Assembly: GCA_964106645.2 (NCBI GenBank)
Contig: OZ067041.1
Direction: 5' to 3' (one strand)
DNA: 64,000 nt
Source of the DNA: Podarcis pityusensis
Lineage: Eukaryota
Positions 37,769 to 48,126 of this stretch are shown here, in pieces (within the stretch, counting starts at the first letter, position 1; each line of letters starts with the position of its first letter). A program made the position numbers and the translations under genes. The notes beneath the pieces are model-generated. The model was not told where the DNA came from. It made no database searches and saw nothing but the letters and a program-made list of their open reading frames with translations.

Positions 37769-38334
37769 CTCTAGCCCTCGAGTCAGGATTCAGACATGGT
37801 GCTAAAGATACAGAAAAACTGTCTGAAACAATTTCATTGAAGTTGTGGTCTAAATCAATACATGGAATTAGTTTGGAATCAAAGTTGTTGGGTTCAGAGT
37901 TTTGACCATGTTGCTAAATGCAATTTATTTGGATTTCCCACTTCTGAATCCAGGAATTACTACAATAATTTGGAAATCTGTGTAATGCGAGAGAGATAAA
38001 TATTTGCTTTGGAGCAGCCCTGATCTGACCTGGGTTTGAACCAACTCTGATCTGGGCTCCTACCAATCCAGGTCTGTACACAGCGTTTAATTAGGTTTAA
38101 AAACCCTGATTAAGCATGGTCTTCAGGTTGGGGGGCGGGAGAAAATAACACATGCAGGTTGCCTGCACATCTGCCCCTGCCCTTGCTGCTAGAATGCCGC
38201 CCTTGACACACCCAGATCATTCCAGGTGGACCTGACCTGACCTGGGGCTGCCTCCATCCAATCCAGCTGCATCCCAGTTCAACTTGAATTTGGTTTGGGA
38301 TCTAGCAAGATCATGTGCACTGCCCTAGTAAATA

Positions 38335-38570
38335 AAAGGTAAAGGGACCCCTGACCATTAGGTCCAGTCGTTACCGACTGGGGTTGCGGCGCTCATCTCG
38401 CTTTACTGGCCAAGGGAGCTTCCGGGTCATGTGGCCAGCATGACTAAGCCGCTTCTGGCAAACCAGAGCAGCGCACGGAAATCCCCGTCGTGGGGATTCA
38501 AACCGCCGACCTTCTGATCGGCAAGTCCTAGGCTCTGTGGTTTAACCCGCAGCACCACCCGCGTCCCCCT
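38335..38570 (-). mobile_element. Sauria SINE, internally deleted copy
   Basis: Same head and ACCTTT tail as the 15.4-kb copy; TSD tagtaaata at 38326-38334 and 38571-38579. Confidence 0.85.
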
Positions 38571-39229
38571 TAGTAAATATAGGAGAGTAAATCAAGTATC
38601 CCAATATATAATCACAAGGGTGACACCCAGATGCAACTCTCTGAAAGTATCCCATTGACCTAAGTGTGGCTATTCTAAGTGAGCCATCAATAGTTGCTTG
38701 GGGGGGAGGGAATAATTTAAGGATCCATTTATTAGAAAAAAATTGTTTTCATAACACTTCCTTTCCATACAGAAAAATCCAACAAAGGTAGATGGGAAAG
38801 TAATGCTACATTTCCTTAGTATGTTTAAATAGCTAAAGTATTTTAGAGAAATACTTCCATGAAGTTTTTCCACAGTTATTACCATTTGGATATTTTTATT
38901 TGTAGATAGAATTCAGCAAAGCACTTGCTTAAAACCAAAAACACCTTTTCAAATATTGGTGCTTTCAGAATTAAATGTCCATTTCCAGATGTTGATTAAG
39001 CTTTTCTGGAGGAATACTCTTATTACACAAGTCTGAAATTACTTTAATTTCAAGGGCTACTTCTGAACATGTTGACATTAAATTCTCATTCAAGTGACTA
39101 TTTGGAAGAGGGCTGAATTTTGTCCATTTTAGCAACAGACCTAAATAAGTATTGTAAAATATGTATTTAAAATCTGCAAATTTTTCTCATGTTAATACCT
39201 CAAATCCCTCAGTTTGAGAGACTGTGAAC

Positions 39230-39235
39230 TTTATT
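39230..39235 (-). terminator. Candidate ZBTB21 polyadenylation signal (AATAAA on minus)
   Basis: AATAAA ~4 kb downstream of the stop codon, at the end of an AU-rich UTR-like block; further AATAAA hexamers lie near 39360-39370. Confidence 0.35.
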
Positions 39236-40579
39236 TGATAAAAATATATACTCAGACAAAAGGCCAAAGCCTTTTCTTGTGTAGAATGAGACTATTTTAG
39301 TATTTCATTACAGCACTGCAGAATTAAACATGATAAATAACGAATCAATAGTTTTCATTTTATTTTTATTATGGTCAAACTAAATATATTCCTTGAAGAT
39401 TTAAGGTATATAATAAGCAACATATTCCATAATTTATAACTTTTAAAACATATATTAATCTTTAAGCAGAAGTATATTTATTCCATGTCCAGCAAAATAA
39501 ACACTCTTACAGCTCTTTAAAGTATTGGATTAAAAACCTAGAGGGAAAATCTTTGTCTATAAACGTACCCAAAAAAGTATTCTGAGAGGCAGGGTTGTTT
39601 TTTAATCAGTTAATAAACAAGAACTGATGTGAAAAAGGTAACAAAAACAGACCTAACATTAGAAACTAACAAAAATCCTTAGTATTATTTTTTAAGAAAA
39701 AGCCCCATTTCTTAAAAAGCATATTGTAGTCTTTAAAATCCTAGTTATTTAGGTTTTATTACCTTACTAGAACCCAAATAGTAATATAGCAGAACTCCTG
39801 TTGAAGTTTCTGCTTGAGGATTACGTTAGTGAAGCACCATTAGATAGGCATAGTACCGGTACTTCCCTTTTCTAGATGCTTGAGGATTCAGTTAACAAAG
39901 CACTGCTATGAAGGCATATTTCCCTTTTCTAGGACTGAGGTGGGGGGACCTGGTTTTGGCAGGGCTTGTAAGAAGAAATTCAATAGGTGAAGCTATTCCC
40001 AGTATGGAGTCAAAGCTGGGGGAAATGTCTGCCCCATAGTTGCTTAAAGGCACAGGAGCCCTGCTAGAATAAAATACTGGTATCTAGAAAGGATGATATT
40101 GACTCCAATCCATTGAAATTAATGCAAATTCTATAACTAACATCAGTGAAGTTCTGATGAATGTAATTGACCGCATAGTGTTTTGTGTATAAAACCAATG
40201 GACAAACTGTAGGTAGGTTGAGTTGCACTTTCCGTTCCCGTCTACATATGAGTAGTCATGACCATCATTAGGCAGATACACATATGGAGACATGCAACGT
40301 GTAAGCTAAAGGAGAAAAGATGCAACTAGCATAGATTTCTCTTGTCACAGCAGTTGGAAAAGGTTCTACTGCTATTTCTGCAGAAGGTATTTATGTGCTA
40401 CACACAGATATGGGTAAGGAATGCTGGAATGTGTGAGAAAAGCCCTGAGCGAACTGCCCTAAATACCTTTTAAGTATGGAATAAGCAAAGTTTTGATACA
40501 AATATTTGCTTATAGCACAAAGAGAAAAGGTCTCGCTAGTAATAGGCCTCGCTTCCACTTTTAGAATTCTGTTACACTG

Positions 40580-40710
40580 CACAGAATCACAGAATTGCAG
40601 AGCTGAAAGGGACCCAGATAATCATCTCGTCCAACCCCCAGCAGAGAAGGAACCTTTTACCCAACATGGGGCCAGAACCCACCACTCTGAAATTAAGTAT
40701 CATGCTTTCA
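40580..40710 (-). mobile_element. Degraded tRNA/CR1-tail SINE in the putative ZBTB21 3' UTR
   Basis: Reverse copy of the same GGTTGGAC..GATGAT..GGGTCCCTTTCAGCTCTGCAATTCTGTGATTCT tail with a decayed tRNA-Lys-like head. Confidence 0.55.
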
Positions 40711-43226
40711 TCACTTGATGTTCTTATTCTACTTGAAAGCTATGCAAAATCTTAAAGTTTAGGAAAGAAAGATCCAAGTTTTGTATGCCTCACACCCTGT
40801 TGGATCTTAAAATGGAACCATGGAAGATCCACACAGGTAATGAGCTATTTTATTTGCATTTCTGAAGAGCAGTTTCCCATGCTTCATCAGAAGCTGCTTT
40901 TAATATATAGCTGGGCTTCAAAAGCAGCTTCTAATACACTATTCTTCAGAAAACAAGTAAAAAAAAAAAAACAACCCAACCATATTTCACATTAATGGCA
41001 TTAAATAGATCAAAATTGCTTCTTAATGGGACTAATTTCCAAATATGTAGTAAGTCTTAGGAAATGTGCTATGTTGTTGTTCTTTCTGGACTGCCATGGA
41101 AGTTGATTCTATTGATATCAACAGAATTCCTTAAAAATAAATTCATTTAAAATTGGGGTGCCAGTTATTACTCCCACTCCACACGAACTCAAGAACCAAC
41201 TTCTCACTCCTTTTAATGAATCTCATAATTACTCGGAGCTGAACACCAAAGTTTACTGTCTTTTCCCATAATCCAAAAGCTAAGTAATTCAACTACAGCA
41301 TTCATACCTTAGATCAAGTTTAAAATGCAACTAGCAATTCATTAATTTTAAATGTCGATTCCTGAGTAGGAAACAAAACCGTAAGAGCTTCCTGGCAGAT
41401 ATCTGTATTAATGATGCTACTCTGTCATTTGGGAGCAAGGGCCCTGCTACAACTCAGTGACCCAATTCCTGTAGTCTTTTCCAACTGCGTGAGTACCAAA
41501 GTGCACACAGAACTTGCCTACCCAATGGTTTCTCCCTTTATTTCAACAGGTGAAGTCAATGAATGAGAACCCTAATGTGTACAAGAATTTGTGCATATTA
41601 TCTAAGCACACATGGATCTTTGGAAAAGGTATATGGCTACCGCTGTCCTATAAATAGGTGTGTGTGTAAATTCCACTGGATGAAGTGGAATTTACATGCT
41701 CTTAACACAGTAAGTATGACTGCATGTCACCATCTACTGCATGATTAGACCCACAAAAATCAACGAGTCATATCAAACGCTGTGTGACAGAATTCCGCTT
41801 GCACAATAAAACTTTACTATCCCCCTGTTACTCCCCCAAAATCTACTCTGGAGGGTCCCCCAAGCCTCTGGAGCAGATTTTGAGGGGTCTGCAGGTGAAT
41901 GGGGGACATTATATTACACAAGTGGAAGTCTGCTGTACAAGTGGAACAACAGCATTGAATACAACCCATAGGCCTTAAGCATGCCTAAGTGAGTATTGGA
42001 TTGTACTTCATATGCTTTAAACAATCTTTTTTTTATTTAAGTACAAAACAAAAAGATACTCAAAGTATGATACAGGGTAAGAGAAACATTCTGCTCGTTA
42101 TTTGTGAAATACATTTGTGGTACTGCATTTTCCTTTCCAAACTATTTATATTTAATAGAGGTTCTGTGTTTTTATTTTATTCACTTATACATATGTAAAT
42201 ATTTACATCTGAACTCCCCCCCCAAAAAACTTTCTTGTATTCTCAGCAGAGCTCACCACCAAAAAAACTGCATTTGCTTCTCCTTTTCAGAACTAGCATA
42301 GTCATACATTCCACTGTAATAAAACACATCCACACCAATACAAATCAGAAGAAACAAAGCACAACTTAATTTTTGACATCCACTCAATGCTGTTTTGTAT
42401 TTAAAACAGTAATATAGTTTGCATTAGGATATCAGTTGGCAGTTGCTTAGCACATTGTCTAGTTACCAAAATATCTATAGAATATCGGCCTCTGAGGCCC
42501 AAATAAAGCATCTTCATTTTGATACTCTTCCTTCAAAAATGCTTTAAAATGGCTGGAAGCAGGCTGGCTGCTACTTTATATATAAAAATCCAAATATTCA
42601 CATATTGCTAACATTTAATTGTATCGTATCTTGCACAATATCCATACAGAAAATTCCAGTAACCAAAAAACTCCATGTTAATCAGTTTTCAATAAGGGTC
42701 AAGTTAACTCAAACGAGGTTTTATTTGTTATTGCTAACGTTCAATAAGATCAAGGTCAACACAGCAAAATTCTCAATTTCTTCCCTTAACATCAAATGAA
42801 TGAGTAATATTTCTATGGCGCCCATGAGAGAATTAATCTCTGTGAAAACACAATAGACATTTTTCAGGATTTGCATTATTCTAAACTCTTTTAACTTGCT
42901 GTTGCCTTTTTATATAAATCCATATATACCAGGATCATAGGAAGAACATGTAACCAGATTTAAATGAATGCAATTATTCATTAAGTAGGAGATCCTAGAC
43001 CACAATGCCTTAAAATGTGAGCAATTTACTAACAATAAATTGAGTTTACCTTAATCTCCACATCCAAAGCTGCACCACAAATGTCAAATTTAATTGCTGA
43101 GGGTTCTTGTCCCTTTATATATATATATATATAAAAACTTCATTTCAAATGCTGTAACTTCAGAAACATCAGGGAAATTAAATCTTAAAAATCCCTTGTA
43201 GGCATTCTTTATGCCTTCTTCTTCTT

Positions 43227-46200
43227 TTAATTGTGTGTCTGTTCGTGACTCCAAAGACTAAATGCAGTTTTGAATGTCCTATGGCAGAGTTTGCACATAT
43301 ACTGTCTTTTGAAAGTGATCGCTGAAAGTGGTGGAGCGTGGTAAAAGAGTGTGTCCGATTCCTGAGGGACAAATAATTTCTCAGTAACTGAAGGAGTTTC
43401 TGACAACCCCGTAGGGCTATCGGGTTCCAAAGGTTGTATTTTGGGAAGGGGTGGGGGAGGAGGCAAAGGTGGGGGCGACGGAGAATTAGCTGGTGCGTAA
43501 ATCTCAGGTTCTTTTCGCACAGGCTCCTCTGTAGCTTGTGCCATGTGGGACTGGAAGTGACTCCACAGGCGGAAATTGGTGCGGAAGGCTTTGTTGCATA
43601 CATGGCAAATGAAGGGCTTCACCGAACACAAAAGCTCCTGGTGGCGCTCTAGCTGCTTGTGTACCGTAAAGATTTTCCCACATTTCTCACAAGGCCACAA
43701 GCCAGTGTCTTTATTGGAGACGGTTTCCTTGTGTTCCTGGTTGCCTTCAGAGACCTCCTCTTCTAAATCATCTGCAGGCTCTTCTTTGATTTGGATTTTA
43801 AACTGTTTGGAGACACTCAGATCTTCGGGGAGGCATGAGGAATCTTCCGAGTCAAAATTAATCTGCTCGGAGGAGTCGCTGAACACGCTGTCTTCTTTGG
43901 CTGCAACGAAGCTGTTTGTCTTGTTCGGCTCCAGCTGAGAATGCAGCCTGGAAGTGCCGCTCACTTCGCCGTTGTGTTCCACAACCGGCAGAGACAGGTT
44001 CTCTGTCGGAGCCATGGTATTTTGATTGTGAACCTCAACCTGGTGACGCCAAATACTGAAAGAGGATTTGAAAGTGCGCATACATTCTAGGCAGGTGAGC
44101 TTCTTGTATTCGCATGCCATTTCGTGGTCATGCTTCAGGTTTAGAGAAGAAAAACGGAGGCTGCAGTATGGGCAGACAGTTGCATTCCGGCAGAGCCGCT
44201 CATGATTCCCCTGTTCAATAAGAGAGGGAAGGTTAGCATGACAAAGGCGGCACTGGTAAACTTTTTTGTTTTCTACTGGGCTTTCGACGCGAGGTTCCTC
44301 TTTGGGCTTAAGTGGCTTATTTCCTCCAACTGCTTTTTCCCCTGGATGCATTTTTATATGCTGCTTGAACTGTGAGAGGAAGCGATATGCCTTCCCACAG
44401 TAGGTACATATATAGGCTCCTCTGGTTCTCGACCTCAGGTTTCTTTTGATGACTTGCTGTGCTTGTGAACCAGCCTGTCCCTGAAAACCTTGCTTGCCAC
44501 GCCTTAGCTTGACGATCAGGGCCTTTTTAATCTCTCGCTCCCTCACTATATCAATTAATTTCCTTTGGAACTTTTCATCCAAGATAGCGTGGGAACTGGA
44601 AGCAGGTGAAGGGTTCTTCACAATTCCATGCTGGGTCTGGCAATGCGTCCAAACTTTGAAGTTTGTATGAAATCTCTTATCACAAATATCACAAGAATAG
44701 GGTTTTTCAGGGTTGTGGTACATATTGACATGACGATGAAGGCCTGCCGTTGACCTGAATATCTTAAGGCAATGTTTGCACTTAAACTTTTTGTTAGGTT
44801 TTGTTTCTTCCAGCTCACTATATTCATCTTTGCTAATGTCAGAATCAGGGAAATCAGCATCACGGGGTGTAGGATTTGAGTTTTCCTCAAAATTGTCCTC
44901 AGACCCAGGGGAAGCATGTTCATCCACTTTGATTTTTTTGAGTGGTAGCCTTCTGTCTGCTTGAAACCTCCTTTTAGCTGGGAGTCTACTGAGATCCTTA
45001 TGATCATCTTCTGTTTTAAAAGCATTAATCTTATTGGAAGATGATGAAGCATCCCCAACAGTAATTCTTATTATTTCAGAAGGCTCTGAAAGTGGACTGC
45101 TAGGTTCTGTTTTAATCCGTATTTCTCTAAGAGGTGAAGAGACCTCCCTGTCTCCAGACTGGGAGGCACTAAAAGACCTAAGGCGATGGGGGTACATTAC
45201 ATGTGTCTTGCCATCAGGAACTGCCTCTCCTGAAGACTCTTTCACAGATGGCTTTTGTGACATTACATTTAACATTCTCCCTTGTGCGTTGTTCACCACT
45301 GAAGGTCCTTGAGAAAACTTGAAGTCGACAGAAGGCGAATAAACAGGAACTTGACTATCCATGGACAATGACCTTCGAAGAAGACTTTTTACAAGCGGCC
45401 CACTCCTGTCAATACTTTGGTTCGCAGGACCAGATACCTTAGATGGGATCACTAATCCTAACTTTGAATAGTATAGCAAATTCCTGTCTTCCCCTGGGCC
45501 AGCTCCTTTTCCTGTCTCTCTCAACAAAAATGTGGATTCAGATGAGCTACGTAATGATAAGACTGGTGGACAAGGTCTCTTCAAAGGTACTTCTGCTGCC
45601 TTTCCTCTTAGGAACTGATCACTTCCTCCTGCTTCATCTGCTCCCACTTCTTCCTCTACAGATGTTTTCTGTGACAATACTGCATTCCTTTTAGTTCTGC
45701 TTTGATCATCTGCTGTAGCCGAAGAATGTTCGTGGGACTTGGAGTATCTTAAAGAACTGTCTTTCAGCCATCTCCTTTCATTTTGCGATAAGCTATGTAG
45801 AAACTCAGTTGGCTGTGTAGATTGTGGCCGCTTAGGTTTGACAGCAACTGAGGACGAGGACTTAGAATTATGGCTTACATCATGTGAGGTTTGACCAACA
45901 TTTCTTCCCTGTGCTTCATTTTTGCTCTGACAAACTATGACACTTCTCTTCTGGGAACTGCTTTCATCATCCTCTTGGAAAAATATTTTCTTAATAGGAC
46001 ATGCAGGCAATGGAATTTGAGGACTTTTGGAAACAATGTTAGTAAGAAAGGAAATCCCAAGACTGTAGCCCACTTCTTGCACACCAGCAAGGCTGCTTTT
46101 CTCAACAAACAAGGATGATGAGTAAATGTAGTTTAATACATTGTCAAAAGTATCTGGTTCGCAAAAGTCAAGCTGAAACACTGACTGAGACTCATTTTCT

Positions 46201-46385
46201 TTTTTAGTGAACAGAGACTGAAAATATTCACTGCTGGCAGCCAGAACATTTTTATGAGCTCGAAATTTTTGGTCTCCCACTATAAGAACAACATCACAAA
46301 GTTGCCCTTTTAGTCGTTCCTCATTTAAAGCACTTAGGAGAGAAATAGCATGTGCTGGATTTATATAATGCAAGAGTCCCTCCAT
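43227..46385 (-). CDS. ZBTB21: Zinc finger and BTB domain-containing protein 21 (ZNF295), 1052 aa, single coding exon
   Basis: N-terminal BTB (MEGLLHYINPAHAISLLSALNEERLKGQLCDV...HKNVLAASSEYF), multiple C2H2 fingers (CKHC..H..H, CDIC, CTYC, CRLC, CPYC, CLEC, CEKC, CHVC, CKLC), a PEDLS CtBP-type motif at 43815-43829, and a Pro-rich C-terminus. Acceptor ttgcag| at 46398 gives 13 nt of 5' UTR in this exon. Confidence 0.97.
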   Translation of the reverse strand: MEGLLHYINPAHAISLLSALNEERLKGQLCDVVLIVGDQKFRAHKNVLAASSEYFQSLFTKKENESQSVFQLDFCEPDTFDNVLNYIYSSSLFVEKSSLAGVQEVGYSLGISFLTNIVSKSPQIPLPACPIKKIFFQEDDESSSQKRSVIVCQSKNEAQGRNVGQTSHDVSHNSKSSSSVAVKPKRPQSTQPTEFLHSLSQNERRWLKDSSLRYSKSHEHSSATADDQSRTKRNAVLSQKTSVEEEVGADEAGGSDQFLRGKAAEVPLKRPCPPVLSLRSSSESTFLLRETGKGAGPGEDRNLLYYSKLGLVIPSKVSGPANQSIDRSGPLVKSLLRRSLSMDSQVPVYSPSVDFKFSQGPSVVNNAQGRMLNVMSQKPSVKESSGEAVPDGKTHVMYPHRLRSFSASQSGDREVSSPLREIRIKTEPSSPLSEPSEIIRITVGDASSSSNKINAFKTEDDHKDLSRLPAKRRFQADRRLPLKKIKVDEHASPGSEDNFEENSNPTPRDADFPDSDISKDEYSELEETKPNKKFKCKHCLKIFRSTAGLHRHVNMYHNPEKPYSCDICDKRFHTNFKVWTHCQTQHGIVKNPSPASSSHAILDEKFQRKLIDIVREREIKKALIVKLRRGKQGFQGQAGSQAQQVIKRNLRSRTRGAYICTYCGKAYRFLSQFKQHIKMHPGEKAVGGNKPLKPKEEPRVESPVENKKVYQCRLCHANLPSLIEQGNHERLCRNATVCPYCSLRFSSLNLKHDHEMACEYKKLTCLECMRTFKSSFSIWRHQVEVHNQNTMAPTENLSLPVVEHNGEVSGTSRLHSQLEPNKTNSFVAAKEDSVFSDSSEQINFDSEDSSCLPEDLSVSKQFKIQIKEEPADDLEEEVSEGNQEHKETVSNKDTGLWPCEKCGKIFTVHKQLERHQELLCSVKPFICHVCNKAFRTNFRLWSHFQSHMAQATEEPVRKEPEIYAPANSPSPPPLPPPPPLPKIQPLEPDSPTGLSETPSVTEKLFVPQESDTLFYHAPPLSAITFKRQYMCKLCHRTFKTAFSLWSHEQTHN

Positions 46386-46637
46386 GATTTAGGTATACCT
46401 GCAAGACAAGAAAAAATAAAACCAATAGCGTTTAGGTACATTTACAAGAAACAAAAAAAGAAAGAAAGGAAAAAAGAAAGAAAGGAAAAAAGAAAGAAAG
46501 AAAGCTGTAAAAGTACAGGATTCTTCTCCAGTAAAAGGCTGAAAAGTCAATATATAAATAGTAGTCTGTTTTCCTTTGGAGACAGAGGGAAGATGATATG
46601 CCTAATACACCATGGGAGTTAAAACAGCAATACATTG

Positions 46638-47133
46638 AATAGAATCATAGAATCATAGAATCAGAGTTGGAAGAGACCACAAGGGCCATCGAGTCCAACC
46701 CCCTGCCAAGCAGGAAACACCATCAGAGCACTCCTGACATATGGTTGTCAAGCCTCTGCTTAAAGACCTCCAAAGAAGGAGACTCCACCACACTCCTTGG
46801 CAGCAAATTCCACTGTTGAACAGCTCTTACTGTCAGGAAGTTCTTCCTAATGTTTAGGTGGAATCTCCTTTCTTGTAGTTTGGATCCATTGCTCCGTGTC
46901 CGCTTCTCTGGAGCAGCAGAAAACAACCTTTCTCCCTCCTCTATGTGACATCCTTTTATATATTTGAACATGGCTATCATATCACCCCTTAACCTCCTCT
47001 TCTCCAGGCTAAACATGCCCAGCTCCCTTAGCCGTTCCTCATAAGGCATCGTTTCCAGGCCTTTGACCATATTGGTTGCCCTCCTCTGGACACGTTCCAG
47101 TTTGTCAGTGTCCTTCTTGAACTGTGGTGCCCA
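46638..47133 (-). mobile_element. CR1 LINE, 5'-truncated 3' end, in the ZBTB21 intron
   Basis: [56 protein letters not shown]; canonical (ATTCTATG)n tail. Confidence 0.92.
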
Positions 47134-48077
47134 GATACATCGGCCCTGATTCAACTAACCTGGTGTGTTAACAAAAGCCATCACAACGGCTCCCTTTAGT
47201 GCTGTGTGGACATTTCTCTTCCTAAATCCACGCTGGAAAGCCAGGTAAACCCCCAGAACAACATGAGGAAGGAGGGGGGTGGGATTTTCCGTCTTGCAGC
47301 AATGAACGCTTGCACACACAAAATGAACAGAAGAGCGCAAGTTGAATTCCTCCCACAGTAAGCCACAACAACAGGCCTAGCCTAGTGCACAGTAATTGGT
47401 TTCATATATTTGCTGCCATTTTAAACTGTTTTTTATATAGTTGTTTTTATATATGCAATTGCTTAAACTGTTTTATATATGTTTTATTGTACTGCAAATC
47501 ACTCCAAGATGCCTTATCAGTGGCAATTCATAAATGCAAACAACAACAACCAGATATGATTCTAGGCATATGGAAGCTAACTTATGTTTAAAAAAGGCAC
47601 CCCAATGTAGTGATTACTACATACAGTAGCTAGCAGAGTTCAAAAAATGTGTTTAGGTATTTTCTCCTGTTCTGTAACAAAAAATAACCCAATATATGAA
47701 AGCAAACTGCATGCAAATACTTAAAAGTCAGATTCTGGGGGGGAAACCCCCATGAATTTCTAAACAAATATTCAGGGCACAGTGGATTGTGCTGTATAGT
47801 TTCAATCCCACTGTACACATGTGCAGGCTGGCTTGGATCAATACTAAATTAGTCTGTTCAAATTGTAATCAATGTGACTTAAATCCCATTGCTTTCAATG
47901 GTAATCAAGCGCAACTAACCTAGTCTGGCTCAAGCCCAATGTTTGGGAAACTGAGCCTTTTGTATCTTACATGTATAGCTTAAGGCAAGTATTGTTCCAT
48001 CCTTTTTTCATTTTACCGACAGCCTCATGAAACAACTGTCATAAGGATTACATGAACAACTCTTCTAAAAAAGCTGT

Positions 48078-48079
<2 letters not shown>

Positions 48080-48122
<43 letters not shown>
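48080..48122. repeat. (TA)n microsatellite
   Basis: Direct read, about 21 units. Confidence 0.95.

Positions 48123-48126
<4 letters not shown>

Noticed and set aside
40865-40892. CUGAUGA...GAAA hammerhead-like words on the minus strand within the UTR hairpin
   Set aside because: No stem II can form between the motifs, and there is no proper stem I/III arrangement.
44100-44760. Possible exitron corresponding to the recalled short human ZNF295 isoform
   Set aside because: I could not identify convincing in-frame donor and acceptor sites from the sequence alone.
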